64,000 nucleotides of DNA from Pirellulales bacterium (GCA_025927475.1 JAICLL010000003.1:33857-97856); one strand, 5' to 3'. Numbered from the stretch's first letter, positions 1-11,426 are shown. Notes: generated from the sequence alone by a model not told the origin. Numbers and translations are program-made.

Positions 1-410
1 TCGTAGGTCTGGCCGTCGACGGTCACGCGGCTTTCGGCCATCGCCTCCAGCAGGGCCGACTGGGTGCGGGGCGTGGCCCGGTTGATTTCGTCGGCCAACA
101 CAATCTGCGCGAAGATCGGCCCCGGGCGAAAGACGAATTCGGCCTCTTTCTGATTGAAGATCGAGGCGCCGGTGATGTCGGAAGGCAAGAGGTCGGGTGT
201 GCACTGCACGCGCTTGAACGCGCAATCGATGCTGCGGGCCAGCGCGCGGGCGAGCATCGTTTTGGCCACGCCGGGCACGTCTTCCAGCAGAATGTGCCCT
301 TCGCAAAGATACGCCACCATCGCCAGCAGCAACTCTTGCCGCTTGCCCAGGATGACCTTCTCGACGTTGCCGATAATTTTTTTGGCGACTGCGCTGACGT
401 TGGTAGACAT
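1..410 (-). CDS. moxR: MoxR-family AAA+ ATPase (runs off the window start)
   Basis: Manual translation from ATG at 410: [23 protein letters not shown]...[13 protein letters not shown] (Walker A variant)...[15 protein letters not shown]...[22 protein letters not shown]. Absent from the ORF track because it has no stop in the window. Confidence 0.92.
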   Translation of the reverse strand, partial: MSTNVSAVAKKIIGNVEKVILGKRQELLLAMVAYLCEGHILLEDVPGVAKTMLARALARSIDCAFKRVQCTPDLLPSDITGASIFNQKEAEFVFRPGPIFAQIVLADEINRATPRTQSALLEAMAESRVTVDGQTY

Positions 411-481
411 GGCAGCGCCATTATGCCTTGCCGCGCCGCGGGTTCCTAGTGGCCTAGGTAAGCCGCCAACCGAATGCACGC

Positions 482-3400
482 TCAGTTTCGATTGATGTTG
501 AGCATGGGCAATACCTGACGCAGCTCGGCAATGGCGTCGTCGGTCACGGCGGTCTTGCTCAAGTTGACCCAACGCAATGAGGCAATGCCGCGCAGCTCTT
601 GCAGGCCGCGGTTGGTCACCTTCGTGCCGTCGAGCGACAGACTCTGCAAACGGGGCATGCCTTGCAGCCACGCCAACCCAGCGTCGCCCACGGCGGTGTT
701 GCTCAGCCGCAGAGTGGACAACGAAGCGGCTTGACGCAGGTGCTTCAGCCCGGCGTCGGAGATCTGAGTTGAAGAAACATCGAGATTGCTCAATTGCGGC
801 AGCGTCGCCAGTTGGGCCAGCCCCGCATCGCCAAAGGAAGAGTTTTTGAGGCTAAGCCGCCGCAATTGCAACAGCCGCGCGAGCTGCTTTGCGCCCGCAT
901 CGCCAATTCCGCGCGATTCGGCGGTCAGCGTCGTCAACGAGGCGTGCCTGAGAAGGTGTGCCAGTCCGTCGTCGGTTACGGTACACTCGCCAAGTTCGAG
1001 TTCTTCGAGCTGATCGAGCGGGTCGAGATGCGCCAATCCGGCGTCGCCCACCCGCGGGCCCCAGAGAATTAAGACTTTCAAGCTTGTCAAGCCGCTGATA
1101 GGAGCCAGTGTGGCGTCGGTCAGGTTCGGGCAAGTCAGCCGCAGACGGCGAAGCGACCGCAACTCGGCCAGAAACGCCATTGCCTCGTCCGCCACCTGTG
1201 GTCCCGAGATATCGAGTTCTTCCAGACGTTTCAGCCGCCCGACGGGCCGCAAGCCCTCGGCAGAAAGATTGATTTGCCAAAGATTCAACTTGCGGAGATC
1301 GGCAAACTGATCGAGCGGGCTGAGATCGGTGATGGGGATGTCGTTCAGTTGCAGCGACGTCAAGCTTTTCAGCGCGGTCAGTTGCTCGAGTCCTCGATCG
1401 GTGGTTTTGGTTCTCAGCAGCGTCAGCTCGAGGAGACTGGTCATCTCCGCCAGTTGCTGCATGCCCGCGTCGGTCACGTTGGGGCAGTTCCAGAAGTTGA
1501 TCGAGCGAAGGTAAGGCAGCTCTTTGAGCAGACGCACGGTTTGATCGGTCACTTGCGGACCTTGCAGCATCACCCCGCCGGGCACGTTCGATCCCGGCGA
1601 AAAATTGTGGTTAAACCTCGCGCCTTGGGTTTGCAGTTCGGCGGCGGCCGCCGCCATTTGCGCGGTTGGCTCGAACGCCAGGGCGGCGCCGCGCCCTTGC
1701 GCCACGGGATTGTTCAGCGGAAATCCAATTCGCATTTCCGCCGAACGCCGGGCGGCCCGCGTCGTCGCACGGGTGCGGGAGCCGGTGATCACCGCCACTT
1801 TCTTGCCTTCACGGAAGCGGTCGACGCCCGACCCGGTGACGCGCGTGCCCGACGCCCGCACTTGCTGCAGCGACTTGAGCTTCTTGAGCCGCAGCAATCC
1901 CTTATCGCCGACTTCGCTGCCCTCCAGCGAAAGCCTACGCAGATGGCGCAGTTGGGCGATCGCCGACATGCTGCGGTCGCTGACCTTCGTGCCGTCGAGC
2001 ACCAACTCTTCCAATGCCGGGGAGCGAAGCTGCGACAACCCTGGGCCCGCAACCTGGGTGTTCGAAAGATCGAGCAGCTTGAGGTTCTGCAAGCCATGCA
2101 GGTGTTTCAATGCGGGATCGCCGATGGGCAGGTTGGTCAGGCGCAAAGTCGCCAGCTCGGTCAGGTCAGTCAGGCTTTCCAGCCCGGCGTCGCTGATTGC
2201 CGCACGGTCGATGGTCAATTCGGTGAGCAGCGTCAGCGGCTTCAGATAGGCAAGCGCCGGATCGCCGATTCGCTTGCCGCGCAGCTCGAGTCGGCGAAGC
2301 GTCGTCAACGTTTGAATAAACTCCAGGTCGGCATCGGTGGCGTCGTCATTATCGACGCGCAGGCTGATGGGCGTTTTTTCTTGTGTGCCCTTTTCGGCCA
2401 TCAGCCGGCCGCGCACCTTGCGCACCGCCGCAGCCACATCGAGCGCCGCCGGTTGAACGGGCATGGGCTCCGGCGATGGCCGAGGCGGTTCCGGATCTGG
2501 CTGGGGTGGCGCTGGCGGCGATGCCGCAAGTTGTGCAGGATCGCCGTCGATCGTCAGACGCGGCAAGGCGGCCTGTAACCTGGCCACGCCGGCCGAGCTC
2601 ACGGGCGTGTTTTTGAGCACCAAATGTTCCAGATGGCTCAGTCGATGCAATGCCGGCAAGGCGGCGTCTGTCACAGGAAGCCCTTGCAGACAAAGCCAGC
2701 TCAAGTCGGCCAGTTGGGCCAGCCGTGGCAAGCCGGCGTCAGTCACCTTGGTGTATTGCAGGTTCAGCACGCGCAGCTCGCGCAGGCGGGCCAGCGACTC
2801 GAGCCCGGCGTCGCTCACCGCGGTGCTGGAGAGATCGAGCCAGTTGAGGTGGACCAGCAGTTCAAGGTGCCGCAGCCCCTGGTTGGTGACGCGCGTTTCA
2901 GCGAGATTGAGCGCTTCGAGTTGAGGCAACGCAGTAAGAGCTTGCAGTCCTTGATCTCCGATAGGCGTGCCATTCAGCCCAAGCGATCGCAGACTTTCCA
3001 GCGGCCGCAACCGCGCAAGGTCGTCGTCGGAAAGCTGCTGACCTGACAAATCGATCCTGGTCAATGCTTGGCTGGCCGGATCGCGCTCGAGCCGGGCGCC
3101 GGCTTGCTCCAGCCAGGCCATCGCGTCGTCGCGCGGCGATGGCGCGAGCGGCGCGGACGGCGAACCATGGGTCTCAGTCGCCATCGGTTCCGCAGGCGAC
3201 GCCGCGCGGGGCGGCGAAGGTGAGTTGGCTGGTTCAACCGTCAGCTGGGCGTGGGACGAACGCGATTGCTCGGAAGTTGCTGGATCTGCCGGCGTGGCTT
3301 GAGATGTCGACCGAGCCGTGTCAGACGACATCTTCGCCAACAACAGCGCAATGCCGCCTGCGGCGAAACCCGCGACGACGACGGCCAAGGCCGGTTTGGG

Positions 3401-3844
3401 CAATCGCTTGCGAGCCGGGCGGGAAGTTTGGGCCGACGCCACGGCGGGTTGAACGACGGGCCGGGCCATGGCGACCGGGGCCGGCGCTGTCCGCGCCGGC
3501 TGGAGGGGCGCCGCGGCGACGGGCGCACGCGGCGTCTCGACTTGGGGCGCAGGTTCCGCCGCGGACAAGCGGGCGCGCAGCGATTCATCGTAAGCGGTGC
3601 GCCGCGCCGGCTCGAGCAGGCAGAGCCGGGCCGCGGCCACCTCGTTGAGCAGCTTCTGCGAAAGCGCCGAATGCTGCCCGGTCTGGACCGTACGCAAAAA
3701 CGCCATCAGCCGGTCGGCTGCTTGCTCGATCACATCGGGATCGGTTTCAAACAGTTCGATGCTGAGCAGGCGGTAATGGTGCGGCGGCTGGTCTTTCGGG
3801 CGAATGCCCAGCCACTTGTAATACGGATCGAACTGGTCGGGCAT
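482..3844 (-). CDS. Membrane-anchored leucine-rich-repeat protein with planctomycete-type N-terminal domain
   Basis: N-terminal [27 protein letters not shown] domain, Pro/Ala linker, one TM helix ([18 protein letters not shown]), then three blocks of about 24-aa LxxLxLxxTxVxDxGLxxL repeats. Confidence 0.88.
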   Translation of the reverse strand: MPDQFDPYYKWLGIRPKDQPPHHYRLLSIELFETDPDVIEQAADRLMAFLRTVQTGQHSALSQKLLNEVAAARLCLLEPARRTAYDESLRARLSAAEPAPQVETPRAPVAAAPLQPARTAPAPVAMARPVVQPAVASAQTSRPARKRLPKPALAVVVAGFAAGGIALLLAKMSSDTARSTSQATPADPATSEQSRSSHAQLTVEPANSPSPPRAASPAEPMATETHGSPSAPLAPSPRDDAMAWLEQAGARLERDPASQALTRIDLSGQQLSDDDLARLRPLESLRSLGLNGTPIGDQGLQALTALPQLEALNLAETRVTNQGLRHLELLVHLNWLDLSSTAVSDAGLESLARLRELRVLNLQYTKVTDAGLPRLAQLADLSWLCLQGLPVTDAALPALHRLSHLEHLVLKNTPVSSAGVARLQAALPRLTIDGDPAQLAASPPAPPQPDPEPPRPSPEPMPVQPAALDVAAAVRKVRGRLMAEKGTQEKTPISLRVDNDDATDADLEFIQTLTTLRRLELRGKRIGDPALAYLKPLTLLTELTIDRAAISDAGLESLTDLTELATLRLTNLPIGDPALKHLHGLQNLKLLDLSNTQVAGPGLSQLRSPALEELVLDGTKVSDRSMSAIAQLRHLRRLSLEGSEVGDKGLLRLKKLKSLQQVRASGTRVTGSGVDRFREGKKVAVITGSRTRATTRAARRSAEMRIGFPLNNPVAQGRGAALAFEPTAQMAAAAAELQTQGARFNHNFSPGSNVPGGVMLQGPQVTDQTVRLLKELPYLRSINFWNCPNVTDAGMQQLAEMTSLLELTLLRTKTTDRGLEQLTALKSLTSLQLNDIPITDLSPLDQFADLRKLNLWQINLSAEGLRPVGRLKRLEELDISGPQVADEAMAFLAELRSLRRLRLTCPNLTDATLAPISGLTSLKVLILWGPRVGDAGLAHLDPLDQLEELELGECTVTDDGLAHLLRHASLTTLTAESRGIGDAGAKQLARLLQLRRLSLKNSSFGDAGLAQLATLPQLSNLDVSSTQISDAGLKHLRQAASLSTLRLSNTAVGDAGLAWLQGMPRLQSLSLDGTKVTNRGLQELRGIASLRWVNLSKTAVTDDAIAELRQVLPMLNINRN

Positions 3845-3899
3845 GGCGCACCCCGCGGAGCCTCAAAGCGGACGCAGGGCGTTAAGTATACCACGCCGA

Positions 3900-4238
3900 T
3901 CAATAATCGCGGCCGCGTCCGCCGCCGTGTCCGCCTCGTCCGCCGCCGTAGCCACCGCGTCCGCCGCCGCCACCACCGCCTCCGCCCGCCCGGGGCGTGC
4001 GCTCGCGGGCCTCATTGACCGTCAGATTGCGGCCTTGAAACGGGGCGCCGTTGAGCGCCTGCATGGCTTGTTGAGCGGCATCCTGGCTCTCCATCTCGAC
4101 AAACCCGAAGCCGCGCGAGCGGCCGGTCTCGCGGTCCATAATCACCTCGACCGAACGCACCGCGCCATAGGCGCCAAACAGCCCCTCGAGGTCTGCCTGC
4201 GTGACTCCCCAAGCCAGGTTACCAACATACATCTTCAT
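3900..4238 (-). CDS. RRM RNA-binding protein with Gly/Arg-rich tail (Rbp-like)
   Basis: RNP2 MYVGNL and RNP1 RGFGFVEM; C-terminal [10 protein letters not shown] tail. Confidence 0.93.
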   Translation of the reverse strand: MKMYVGNLAWGVTQADLEGLFGAYGAVRSVEVIMDRETGRSRGFGFVEMESQDAAQQAMQALNGAPFQGRNLTVNEARERTPRAGGGGGGGGGRGGYGGGRGGHGGGRGRDY

Positions 4239-4462
4239 CGAACGAACCCTTCAGAAACAAACACAGAACAAAGAGAACCGCGGTAGAATTCCGCGGGGCA
4301 AACACCAGAGAAGGCAAGAGCGAGCATGGACAAGATAAGAGAGTCTGGCGGCCGAGGCCGCGAATCCAATCAGGTGCTCGCCTGGGGTGAGACGGGGCGG
4401 CCCGGCAGACCTATCGTCAGCCAGAGCATCAATCCCCATCGGTAGGGCTTCTATACTACAAA
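4239..4462 (-). promoter_or_regulatory. Putative promoter and about 200-nt 5' leader of the RRM gene
   Basis: Minus-strand -10-like TAGTAT at 4453-4458; no credible ORF; pyrimidine-rich tract and CCGCGG-aattcta-CCGCGG hairpin before the ATG. Confidence 0.35.
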
Positions 4463-4525
4463 TCTAGCCCCGTTGCTAGAGCGATTTGCGGAGTTTCTCA
4501 GAATTTGGGCCGATGCCCACCCCAG

Positions 4526-4575
4526 CCGGCCACAAGGGCCGGGGCTACCGAGGGGCCACAAAGGCCGGTGGTTCT
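4526..4575 (-). repeat. REP-like palindrome family C (GTAGCCCCGGCCCTTGTGGCCGG) plus a degenerate second copy
   Basis: Nearly the same sequence recurs at 11115-11137; GTAG followed by a hairpin. Confidence 0.6.
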
Positions 4576-4585
4576 GAGGGGCGTC

Positions 4586-5575
4586 TTACTTTTCGACGAC
4601 CCAGATGTTGCGGAACCGCACCGGGTTGCCGTGGTTTTGCAGGTGAATCGGACCTTTTTCAGCGCCCTCGCCCATCGTGCCGCCGGGCGTGCCGCTGGGT
4701 AGCTCGACGTCGGGCTGGACTGGCACGCCATTGTGACGAACCGTGATCCGGGCGTTTTGTGTCTTCTTGCCCGAGGCGTCGTACTTGGCCGCCGTAAAGT
4801 CGATGTCGTAGGTCTGCCAGACCAGCGGCGGATAGCACATGTTCAAATCGGGATCGCGGATCGTATAGATGCCGCCGCACTCGTTGTTCTTGCCCGCCAG
4901 GCCGAACGAATCGAGAATCTGCAATTCGTAACGCCCCTGCTCATAGCAGCCGCTGTTGCCGCGGCCCTGGTCGCGGGCCTCGGGCATGAAGGGCAGGCGG
5001 AACTCCAGGTGCAGCGTGTGATCGCCAAATTTGCGCTTGCTGGTGACGCCCTGAATCAGCAGACCATCTTCCGTCAGCTTGCCGCCCGGAAACTCGTCGG
5101 CGTTCTTGCCGTCGAAGAGCACGATGGCGCCTTGCGGCGGCTGCTTGCCCAGGGTCGGGCTTTTGCGCTCGACGCGCTTCAGCTCGGCCACGTCCTGGCC
5201 GTCGTCGCTGCTGAGCGTCATCACGCCTTGCTTGATGCGGGCCGAACCGCGGTCGCCGCGAAACCTGGTCACGCCGTCTTTGGTTTCGCCGTCGCCCTCA
5301 CGCTTATGTTCTTTGTCCCAGCCGTCGCCGGGCAGTCCGCCGCGGTAAAAGACCGCATGAAACTTGCCGCCGCCAAGGGCAATGACCTGCACGCCCACTT
5401 TGTGCGGGCCTTCGTCGGTCCGCAGTTCGCCGGTGTATTCGCCCTGCACGGCGAAGTCGGGATCGGCCTGGGCGGCTTTTGGGTCGTCGTAGGTTTTGCC
5501 TTTACTTTCGGCGGCGTAGGCGGCCGATGCGACACCAAGCGCGGCGGCGATCAAACAGAACAAGCGGCAAAGCAT
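4586..5575 (-). CDS. Secreted DUF1080 (3-keto-disaccharide hydrolase family) protein
   Basis: Signal peptide MLCRLFCLIAAALG; VLFDG, HLEFR, GNSG, ELQILDS, WQTYDI and GPIHLQNHGNPVRFRNIW motifs. The ORF-track upstream extension runs into REP sequence. Confidence 0.88.
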   Translation of the reverse strand: MLCRLFCLIAAALGVASAAYAAESKGKTYDDPKAAQADPDFAVQGEYTGELRTDEGPHKVGVQVIALGGGKFHAVFYRGGLPGDGWDKEHKREGDGETKDGVTRFRGDRGSARIKQGVMTLSSDDGQDVAELKRVERKSPTLGKQPPQGAIVLFDGKNADEFPGGKLTEDGLLIQGVTSKRKFGDHTLHLEFRLPFMPEARDQGRGNSGCYEQGRYELQILDSFGLAGKNNECGGIYTIRDPDLNMCYPPLVWQTYDIDFTAAKYDASGKKTQNARITVRHNGVPVQPDVELPSGTPGGTMGEGAEKGPIHLQNHGNPVRFRNIWVVEK

Positions 5576-5701
5576 GGTGCGTCTCCTGGAAGCGGGCGAT
5601 GGCAAGCTGGTACGGCGATTATTGTGATCGCTGGTGGGCCGAACTGCAAGCGCGTGTGTCACGCGCCCATAAACCTCCGGTGGCGCACGATCGCGCGAAG
5701 T

Positions 5702-5804
5702 GTAGGATGGGCCGAGCGCCGCGAGCCCCACCATCGGGCGAAAATACGCCATTTAACGCCCCGCTGCCATGAACGGTGGGACTCGCGAGCTCGTTCCACC
5801 CTAC
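5702..5804. repeat. Inverted REP doublet (REPIN-like), family B
   Basis: GTAGGATGGGCCGAGCGCCGCGAGCCCCACC (+, from 5702) and GTAGGGTGGAACGAGCTCGCGAGTCCCACC (-, ending 5804). Confidence 0.8.
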
Positions 5805-5820
5805 GCGGAGATCTACGGCG

Positions 5821-6612
5821 CTACCGCAATCCCTTCGCCTTCAGCAACTCATTCGCCCAGGCGGCGGTCGCCGGGTCGAACGGCGGATCGGGATCGAGGG
5901 TGTAATCGGTCCGATCATACCGGCCATTGCGGTAGCAAAGCTCCATCAGCGCTTCCAGATCGAGCGGCACGTCTTGGTCCGTTTCGCGCAGAGGTATCTG
6001 AATCGTCGGCAATCGCTTCTCAAGCGGGGCGCGATAAAGCTCAACGCGCCGCGGACGCCAGCCTCGCCGCACGCAAACGCGGCAGGGAGTACGATAGTCG
6101 CGCGGAATGAGCCGGCTCGGCACATTGAGCACATGTCCACCGGCGCGCAATAAATCAATCTCCACCAGGCTGACGCCGCCCGCGTTCAACTCCTCTTGCT
6201 CTTGCCGATAAAGGCGCTGCCCTTCGCCGGGCAGTTTGTTCGTCAAGCTCAAGACTTCAATGACGGTGACTACTTTCTCCGACTTTGAGTCGGTGATTTT
6301 GATAAAGCCCTCAGTGATCGGTTCGTCATCCAGTTCAATCAGCGCCGGGGCTTCGATCTCTTCCGCAACGGCGACACCGGCGGCCCCCAAAGCCCTTGCG
6401 GGCGCGTTTTGCTCCACGACGCGCACGTCAGGATGGATTCCGCGTGCCGGCGAGTCATCGGGCTCGACCATGAGCCGCTCTTCGACGCGGGCCAATAAAT
6501 CTCGTGGTAATGACTCCTGAATCTGATCGCAGCCGTAAATGACTAATCGTTGATGGATATCGAGCCAGTGCTGCTCCAGGTAAGGGTCCGTGCCCGGAAA
6601 CGGACTGTTCAT
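5821..6612 (-). CDS. DUF4058 family protein (PD-(D/E)XK-like)
   Basis: MNSPFPGTDPYLE..W, PDV, VIEVLSLTNK, LVEIDLLR and LPTIQIPL..DVPLDL motifs; GAGGAG RBS. Confidence 0.88.
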   Translation of the reverse strand: MNSPFPGTDPYLEQHWLDIHQRLVIYGCDQIQESLPRDLLARVEERLMVEPDDSPARGIHPDVRVVEQNAPARALGAAGVAVAEEIEAPALIELDDEPITEGFIKITDSKSEKVVTVIEVLSLTNKLPGEGQRLYRQEQEELNAGGVSLVEIDLLRAGGHVLNVPSRLIPRDYRTPCRVCVRRGWRPRRVELYRAPLEKRLPTIQIPLRETDQDVPLDLEALMELCYRNGRYDRTDYTLDPDPPFDPATAAWANELLKAKGLR

Positions 6613-6831
6613 GGATTGGCTCCTCTTGAAAGCAACCGCGGTGGCAATTAAGATCCCCGCCTGGGAATGAGTGGATCGGCGGCGCGCAGCCGATCACCCC
6701 CCATTTGGCAAGCGGGTCGAAATTCTGAAAGCTCCGGCCCGATCAACTGTATTCTACCTTTCCACCGCGCGAACCAGCGAGGGCGAGTCTGCTGACCCCA
6801 CTTTCCAGCACGTCGTGGTAGGACAACGTCC

Positions 6832-7596
6832 TCAGCCTCGAGACGTAGCTTCGCCACACTCGCGCTCGGCCTGTGCCAGGGCGTCCGGCGTGACGAGGAT
6901 GCCCTGGCGCTCATAGCGATTGCGCGCGCGGCTGAAGCGCACCACCACGGCACTCAGCGCACTGTACTTCCGAGCGCGGCGCGTCAGGGCCGTACCGCCG
7001 CTGGGCAGAAAGACAAGCTGGTCAAGATCGGCGCAAGCCAGGCAAAGTGGTTGGGTTTGCCGCAGGAATAACAACGATCCCTTCAAGATTTCGGCGTGGC
7101 ACTCGCTGCACTGGCTGGCCGGGCTGGTCAGTTCGTAGACGACTACCTCCGGCGCCTTGTCGAGCTTGTCGAGCCGCTTCTTTGCCTTCTTGTCCGTCAG
7201 CTCCGCGGGCGCATAGCGCGTGCGAAAGAAGCGTTCACGCTCGACGTCGCCGTCGGCCGTAACGGGCAGTATCTCCGGCCCGTTCGGCGTCAAGCGGCGG
7301 TAAGGGACTTCCACCGGCGCCAATCCTTGCTGCCGGACCCAATCGTGGAAATGCTGGTAAGTCTTTTCCAACTTGGCCGGACCGCACTGAATGTGCGGTT
7401 CGAGCCCAGCATAATACGGATTGCCTTTCTGCCAGGCCTGAAAGTGAACCGGCTGCAGAAACAGCATCTGCTGAAGCAATTCGAGCGGGCCGACGGCGCC
7501 ATCGCGCTCGAGGCATTGCTCGGCCGCCCGGCGAACCCGCTGTTGCAAATCGTTGGTTGCGCCTCGACCTCCCAAGCCTGTCTTTGCTCGCTCCAT
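6832..7596 (-). CDS. DUF2293-associated protein, apparently C-terminally truncated
   Basis: CSEC/CLAC zinc ligands and FLPSGGTALTRRARKYS..VVRFSRARNRYERQGILV. It stops shortly after this motif, where homologues (from recall) continue into the DUF2293 domain. Confidence 0.6.
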   Translation of the reverse strand: MERAKTGLGGRGATNDLQQRVRRAAEQCLERDGAVGPLELLQQMLFLQPVHFQAWQKGNPYYAGLEPHIQCGPAKLEKTYQHFHDWVRQQGLAPVEVPYRRLTPNGPEILPVTADGDVERERFFRTRYAPAELTDKKAKKRLDKLDKAPEVVVYELTSPASQCSECHAEILKGSLLFLRQTQPLCLACADLDQLVFLPSGGTALTRRARKYSALSAVVVRFSRARNRYERQGILVTPDALAQAERECGEATSRG

Positions 7597-7626
7597 TCGG
7601 GGCGCTCCTGGATTGAACTAATCCGA

Positions 7627-8412
7627 TTATGCCGTCGGCTCGACCTCGCCGCGCGCGGCGCCACTCGGAACTGGCAGAACGGATGATTGATGAATGCGGA
7701 GGTCCGCGCACGTCATCTGATAGCTGGCTTCCAGATCAAGAGGCACTGAAAAATCAGAGGCGATCCATAAGGGGAGGGTTGGCAATGGCTGGCCCAGAGC
7801 AAGCGGCGCCGGCCAAACCTCAAGTTGTTGCGATTCTTCGTCACGCCCCACCGCTCGGTAGGAAACTGCCGAAAGGCTCGCCGGCGCTAGCGATGCCGCG
7901 CCCCTATCGACTCCGAGCAGTGACAGAATGGTGCTTCTCAAGTCAGCTCGTCCCGTGGTGACCGTATCCACAACCACGACGCTGCTGCCCTGCTGCAGGT
8001 AGCCGACGCACTTGACCGCGAACGCCTGCCGGGCTGCCGGGCGGTCTTTGTTCCGCGGGCTGAGCAGTTCGACCGCGGCCGCGAGGCGCGGATCGCCGTC
8101 GTTGGCAAACACGTGAACCTGAACTCCATCGACCGTGGCCAGATCGACCGCGACCGCGACGGCGGGGGCGGGTGCAGTCCATGTCGTCGGCTCGAAACCA
8201 CCGCTCTCGAAGCCAGATCCCTCCGAGTCTTGAAGTGTGGCAACGTCGATTTCAATAGGTCCGTCGCGGTCCACGAGGGGAACGGCGTAATAGCCTACGG
8301 GCAGGACGCCCTGGTTGAGCAACCGGGCCATGGCCGCGGCCCAGGCCCCGTGAAAGCTACGCCACGGGTGCGTTCGGCTCAAAGGCGGGTTGAAGTGGTC
8401 CAGTAGTGGCAT
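7627..8412 (-). CDS. DUF4058 family protein (second subtype)
   Basis: MPLLDHFNPPL..W.SFHGAW, EIDV, AAVELLSPRNKDR and LPTLPLW..VPLDLEASY motifs. Confidence 0.85.
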   Translation of the reverse strand: MPLLDHFNPPLSRTHPWRSFHGAWAAAMARLLNQGVLPVGYYAVPLVDRDGPIEIDVATLQDSEGSGFESGGFEPTTWTAPAPAVAVAVDLATVDGVQVHVFANDGDPRLAAAVELLSPRNKDRPAARQAFAVKCVGYLQQGSSVVVVDTVTTGRADLRSTILSLLGVDRGAASLAPASLSAVSYRAVGRDEESQQLEVWPAPLALGQPLPTLPLWIASDFSVPLDLEASYQMTCADLRIHQSSVLPVPSGAARGEVEPTA

Positions 8413-8646
8413 AGGAGGCAGTGTCACTGGGCATCCCCGATCGTTATTAGTCTATCTGGAGATTGCGTCACGAGAAAGACCGCCAGTGGTCTTGATCGTC
8501 CGACATAACGATGCAGTAATCAAACTATCTCGTTGGCCCCGCCGCGAGCATCGCTGGCTTGCGGGCCATCACAATGCGGTTATTCTGGAAGGAGAAAGAA
8601 TGAGCCGCCGGATCGAAGTCGCGAGTGGCTCGAAAGAGGAGATCGA

Positions 8647-8958
8647 GTGGCCGCAGGTCGGTTTTTGGATGTTGATCCTGCACTGCTGCGGTTGCCGCCT
8701 AGTCGTCATCAAGGGGCTGACCCGTTGAAGCTCACAGATTACGATGAGTCCAGTCGCGAAAAACTGTTGCGACTATTGGCCCAAATGAGTGAGCAGTATC
8801 CCGACTGGCGCTTAGGCCAGTTGGTGGCCAATACCGCAGGTTGGGCTCGGCAACTGAGCGAGCCGCAGGATACGGGCATCTGGGACGTTGAGGACGAAGA
8901 GATGCTGGCGGCCCTGGAAAGCCACCTGAAGCACTCTCAACAAAAGGTGACATCATAA
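8647..8958 (+). CDS. Small hypothetical protein, possibly a deletion fusion of a two-gene TA-like pair
   Basis: GAGGAG RBS and GTG at 8647; N-part FLDVDPALLRLPPSRHQGADPLKL joined to a helical part EKLLRLLAQMSEQYPDWRLGQLVAN..IWDVEDEEML. Confidence 0.55.
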   Translation: MAAGRFLDVDPALLRLPPSRHQGADPLKLTDYDESSREKLLRLLAQMSEQYPDWRLGQLVANTAGWARQLSEPQDTGIWDVEDEEMLAALESHLKHSQQKVTS

Positions 8959-8991
8959 GGCTGGGGTCACCGGCGACGCGTTGCAAATAAT

Positions 8992-10977
8992 CTACCGTGC
9001 TCGCCTGGCGTGTGTCTTTCGGTGGGGCCGATAACCGCCCTTGCCGGAACGAATGTGGTCGCCCTCGCGCTGCTCGCGCACTTCGTCGTTGGCCTGCCGG
9101 CGGCGGCGGTCGAGCGCCTCTTTCGGCGGATTCGCCGCGATCAGGCAATCGCAATCGCTACCGATCAAATCTTGCCGCCCGGCCTGCTCCAGCGCCTTGC
9201 GGACCTCGAAATAATTCTCGGGCTTGAAGAATTGCAAGAGCGCCCGTTGAAGGCGCCGGTCGCGCAGGTGCTTGGCAATAAACACCGGCCGCTTGGTGAA
9301 GGGATCGAGCCCGGTGTGATACATGCACGCCGCGATGTCGAACGGGCTGGGAATAAAATCTTGCACCTGGTCGGGGCGATAGTGATTGCGCTTTAAGAAC
9401 AACGCCAGCTCGATCATCGAATCGAGGTCGCTGCCCGGATGGCTGGCGATGAAATAGGGAATTAGGTACTGCTTCTTGCCAGCCGCACGCGAAGCTTTTT
9501 TGAACTCGCGGTCGAAGCCCAAAAAATCTTCCTGGTCGGGCTTCTTCATCAGCGAGAGCACCTGCGGATCGACATGCTCCGGGGCGACTTTCAGATGCCC
9601 GCCCACGTGATGGGTGACCAATTCGCGCATGTATTCCGGGCTGCGGCGGGCCAGGTCCATGCGAATGCCCGAGGCGACGAGCACCTTTTTCACGCCCGGC
9701 TCGTTGCGGGCCTGCTTCATCAGCTCGACCAGCGGGCCGTGATCGGTGCCCAGCAGCTTGCAGATGGTCGGATGCACGCAACTCAGCCGGCGGCAGCGGG
9801 CTTCGACCTCGGGCCGCGTGCAACGCATCTGATACATGTTCGCCGTGGGACCGCCGATGTCGCTGACCACCCCCGAAAATTTGGGGTCGGCCGTCATCTG
9901 CCGGATTTCGCCCAATACCGACTGCTGGCTGCGGCTTTGGATGATCCGTCCCTCGTGAGCCGTGATCGAGCAGAACGTGCAGCCGCCGAAGCAGCCGCGC
10001 ATGATTTGCACCGAGTCTTTGACGACTTCATAAGCTGGAATCCGCTGGTTTCCGTAGCTGGGGTGCGGATGGCGTGTGTACGGCAGCCCGTACACGCGGT
10101 CCATCTCGGCCTCGCTCAGCGGGAAGGCGGGCGGATTGACCACCACGGTTTCGCGGTCGTGCCGCTGCGTCAATCGCCGGGCGTTGTAGGGATTCGTCTC
10201 GTGATGGGCGATCTTCGTCATTTCGGCGAAGGCCCATTTGTCGGCCAAGACCTTTTCGTAGCTGGGCAGGCTGATCGTGTCGTCGGTCGGCGGAGCTTCG
10301 CTGGCGCCGAGCCGATAGGCCACGCCCCGCAAGTCGCGCAGCTCGCGCACCGTTTCGCCCCCCGCCAGGCGATGGACAATCTCGACCAGCGGCCGCTCGC
10401 CCATGCCAAACACCACCAGGTCGGCCTTGCAATCGAGCAGGATCGAGCGGCGGACCGTGTCGCTCCAATAATCGTAGTGAGCCAGCCGCCGCAGGCTGGC
10501 TTCGACTCCGCCGGCGATGACGGGCACGCCCTTATACGCCTCGCGCGCGCGTTGGCAATAGGCCAGCGTGGCCCGGTCGGGCCGCAGGCCGATCTTGCCG
10601 CCGGGACTGTAGGCGTCGTCGTTGCGGACCTTGCGGTTGGCGGTGTAGTGGTTGATCATCGAGTCCATGTTGCCGGCGCTGATGGCGAAGCACAGCCGCG
10701 GCTTGCCAAAGGTGCGCCAAGCCTCGCACGAACGCCAGTCGGGCTGGCTCAGAATGGCCACGCGAAAGCCCTCGGTCTCGAGCAGCCGGCCCAGCAGGGC
10801 CATGGCGAAGCTGGGGTGATCGACATACGCGTCGCCCGTGACGAACACCACATCGACCTCGTCCCAGCCGCGCTCGTGCATTTCCGCCCGCGTCATCGGC
10901 AGCGGCCGCTGCGCAACGGCGGGCGCGCGGGCTGGTGGATCGACGATGGGCAAGGTGGAAGGAAGGTCGATAGACAT
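8992..10977 (-). CDS. ygiQ: YgiQ family (UPF0313) radical SAM protein
   Basis: [37 protein letters not shown] (CxxxCxxC), [11 protein letters not shown] and QVQDFIP motifs. Confidence 0.95.
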   Translation of the reverse strand: MSIDLPSTLPIVDPPARAPAVAQRPLPMTRAEMHERGWDEVDVVFVTGDAYVDHPSFAMALLGRLLETEGFRVAILSQPDWRSCEAWRTFGKPRLCFAISAGNMDSMINHYTANRKVRNDDAYSPGGKIGLRPDRATLAYCQRAREAYKGVPVIAGGVEASLRRLAHYDYWSDTVRRSILLDCKADLVVFGMGERPLVEIVHRLAGGETVRELRDLRGVAYRLGASEAPPTDDTISLPSYEKVLADKWAFAEMTKIAHHETNPYNARRLTQRHDRETVVVNPPAFPLSEAEMDRVYGLPYTRHPHPSYGNQRIPAYEVVKDSVQIMRGCFGGCTFCSITAHEGRIIQSRSQQSVLGEIRQMTADPKFSGVVSDIGGPTANMYQMRCTRPEVEARCRRLSCVHPTICKLLGTDHGPLVELMKQARNEPGVKKVLVASGIRMDLARRSPEYMRELVTHHVGGHLKVAPEHVDPQVLSLMKKPDQEDFLGFDREFKKASRAAGKKQYLIPYFIASHPGSDLDSMIELALFLKRNHYRPDQVQDFIPSPFDIAACMYHTGLDPFTKRPVFIAKHLRDRRLQRALLQFFKPENYFEVRKALEQAGRQDLIGSDCDCLIAANPPKEALDRRRRQANDEVREQREGDHIRSGKGGYRPHRKTHARRAR

Positions 10978-11010
10978 TTGGTAATCGGGAGCAGCAACGC
11001 CAAAAACACT

Positions 11011-11374
11011 CGGTGGCCAGGGCAGAGGCTCGGCGATGCCCTAGCGGTTTGCGGCGCTGAACGAGTCCGCAATCGTGTATTGTAGACGGTTGAACCGTCG
11101 GCAGGCTATGGCCAGGCAGCCCCGGCCCTTGTGGCCGCCCGTCTCGAGAACCGTAGGGGGTCGAGCGAAGCGAGTCCCACCTTTGCGCAGTTCATCGAGT
11201 CATCCACGATAATCTTCGCTAATCGAAAGAAGCCGATCAATATTGAGATTAGTGCAGATCAGCGATAATCAGTGTTCCATACGGGTCTGCCGCGGCGTGT
11301 GTCTGCCGGCGCGACGTTCAATCGGTAGTTCGCGGAACGGCACGGAGTCCGTTCCCTACAGACGTCAAACGTAA
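11011..11374. repeat. Mosaic of four REP-like families in a divergent intergenic region
   Basis: Family E 11011-11045, family C 11115-11137, family B 11153-11181, family A 11333-11362 with a GACGTCAAACGTAA flank. Confidence 0.75.
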
Positions 11375-11426
11375 GATCAGTCTTTACGGTGTTCCCGACA
11401 GAACGCCAAACCGCAATAATTCCCGC

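Noticed and set aside
9574-11085. Long antisense ORFs (here and at 1274, 4733, 26024, 28944 and others)
   Set aside because: These are typical high-GC shadow ORFs opposite well-supported genes and show no recognisable motifs.
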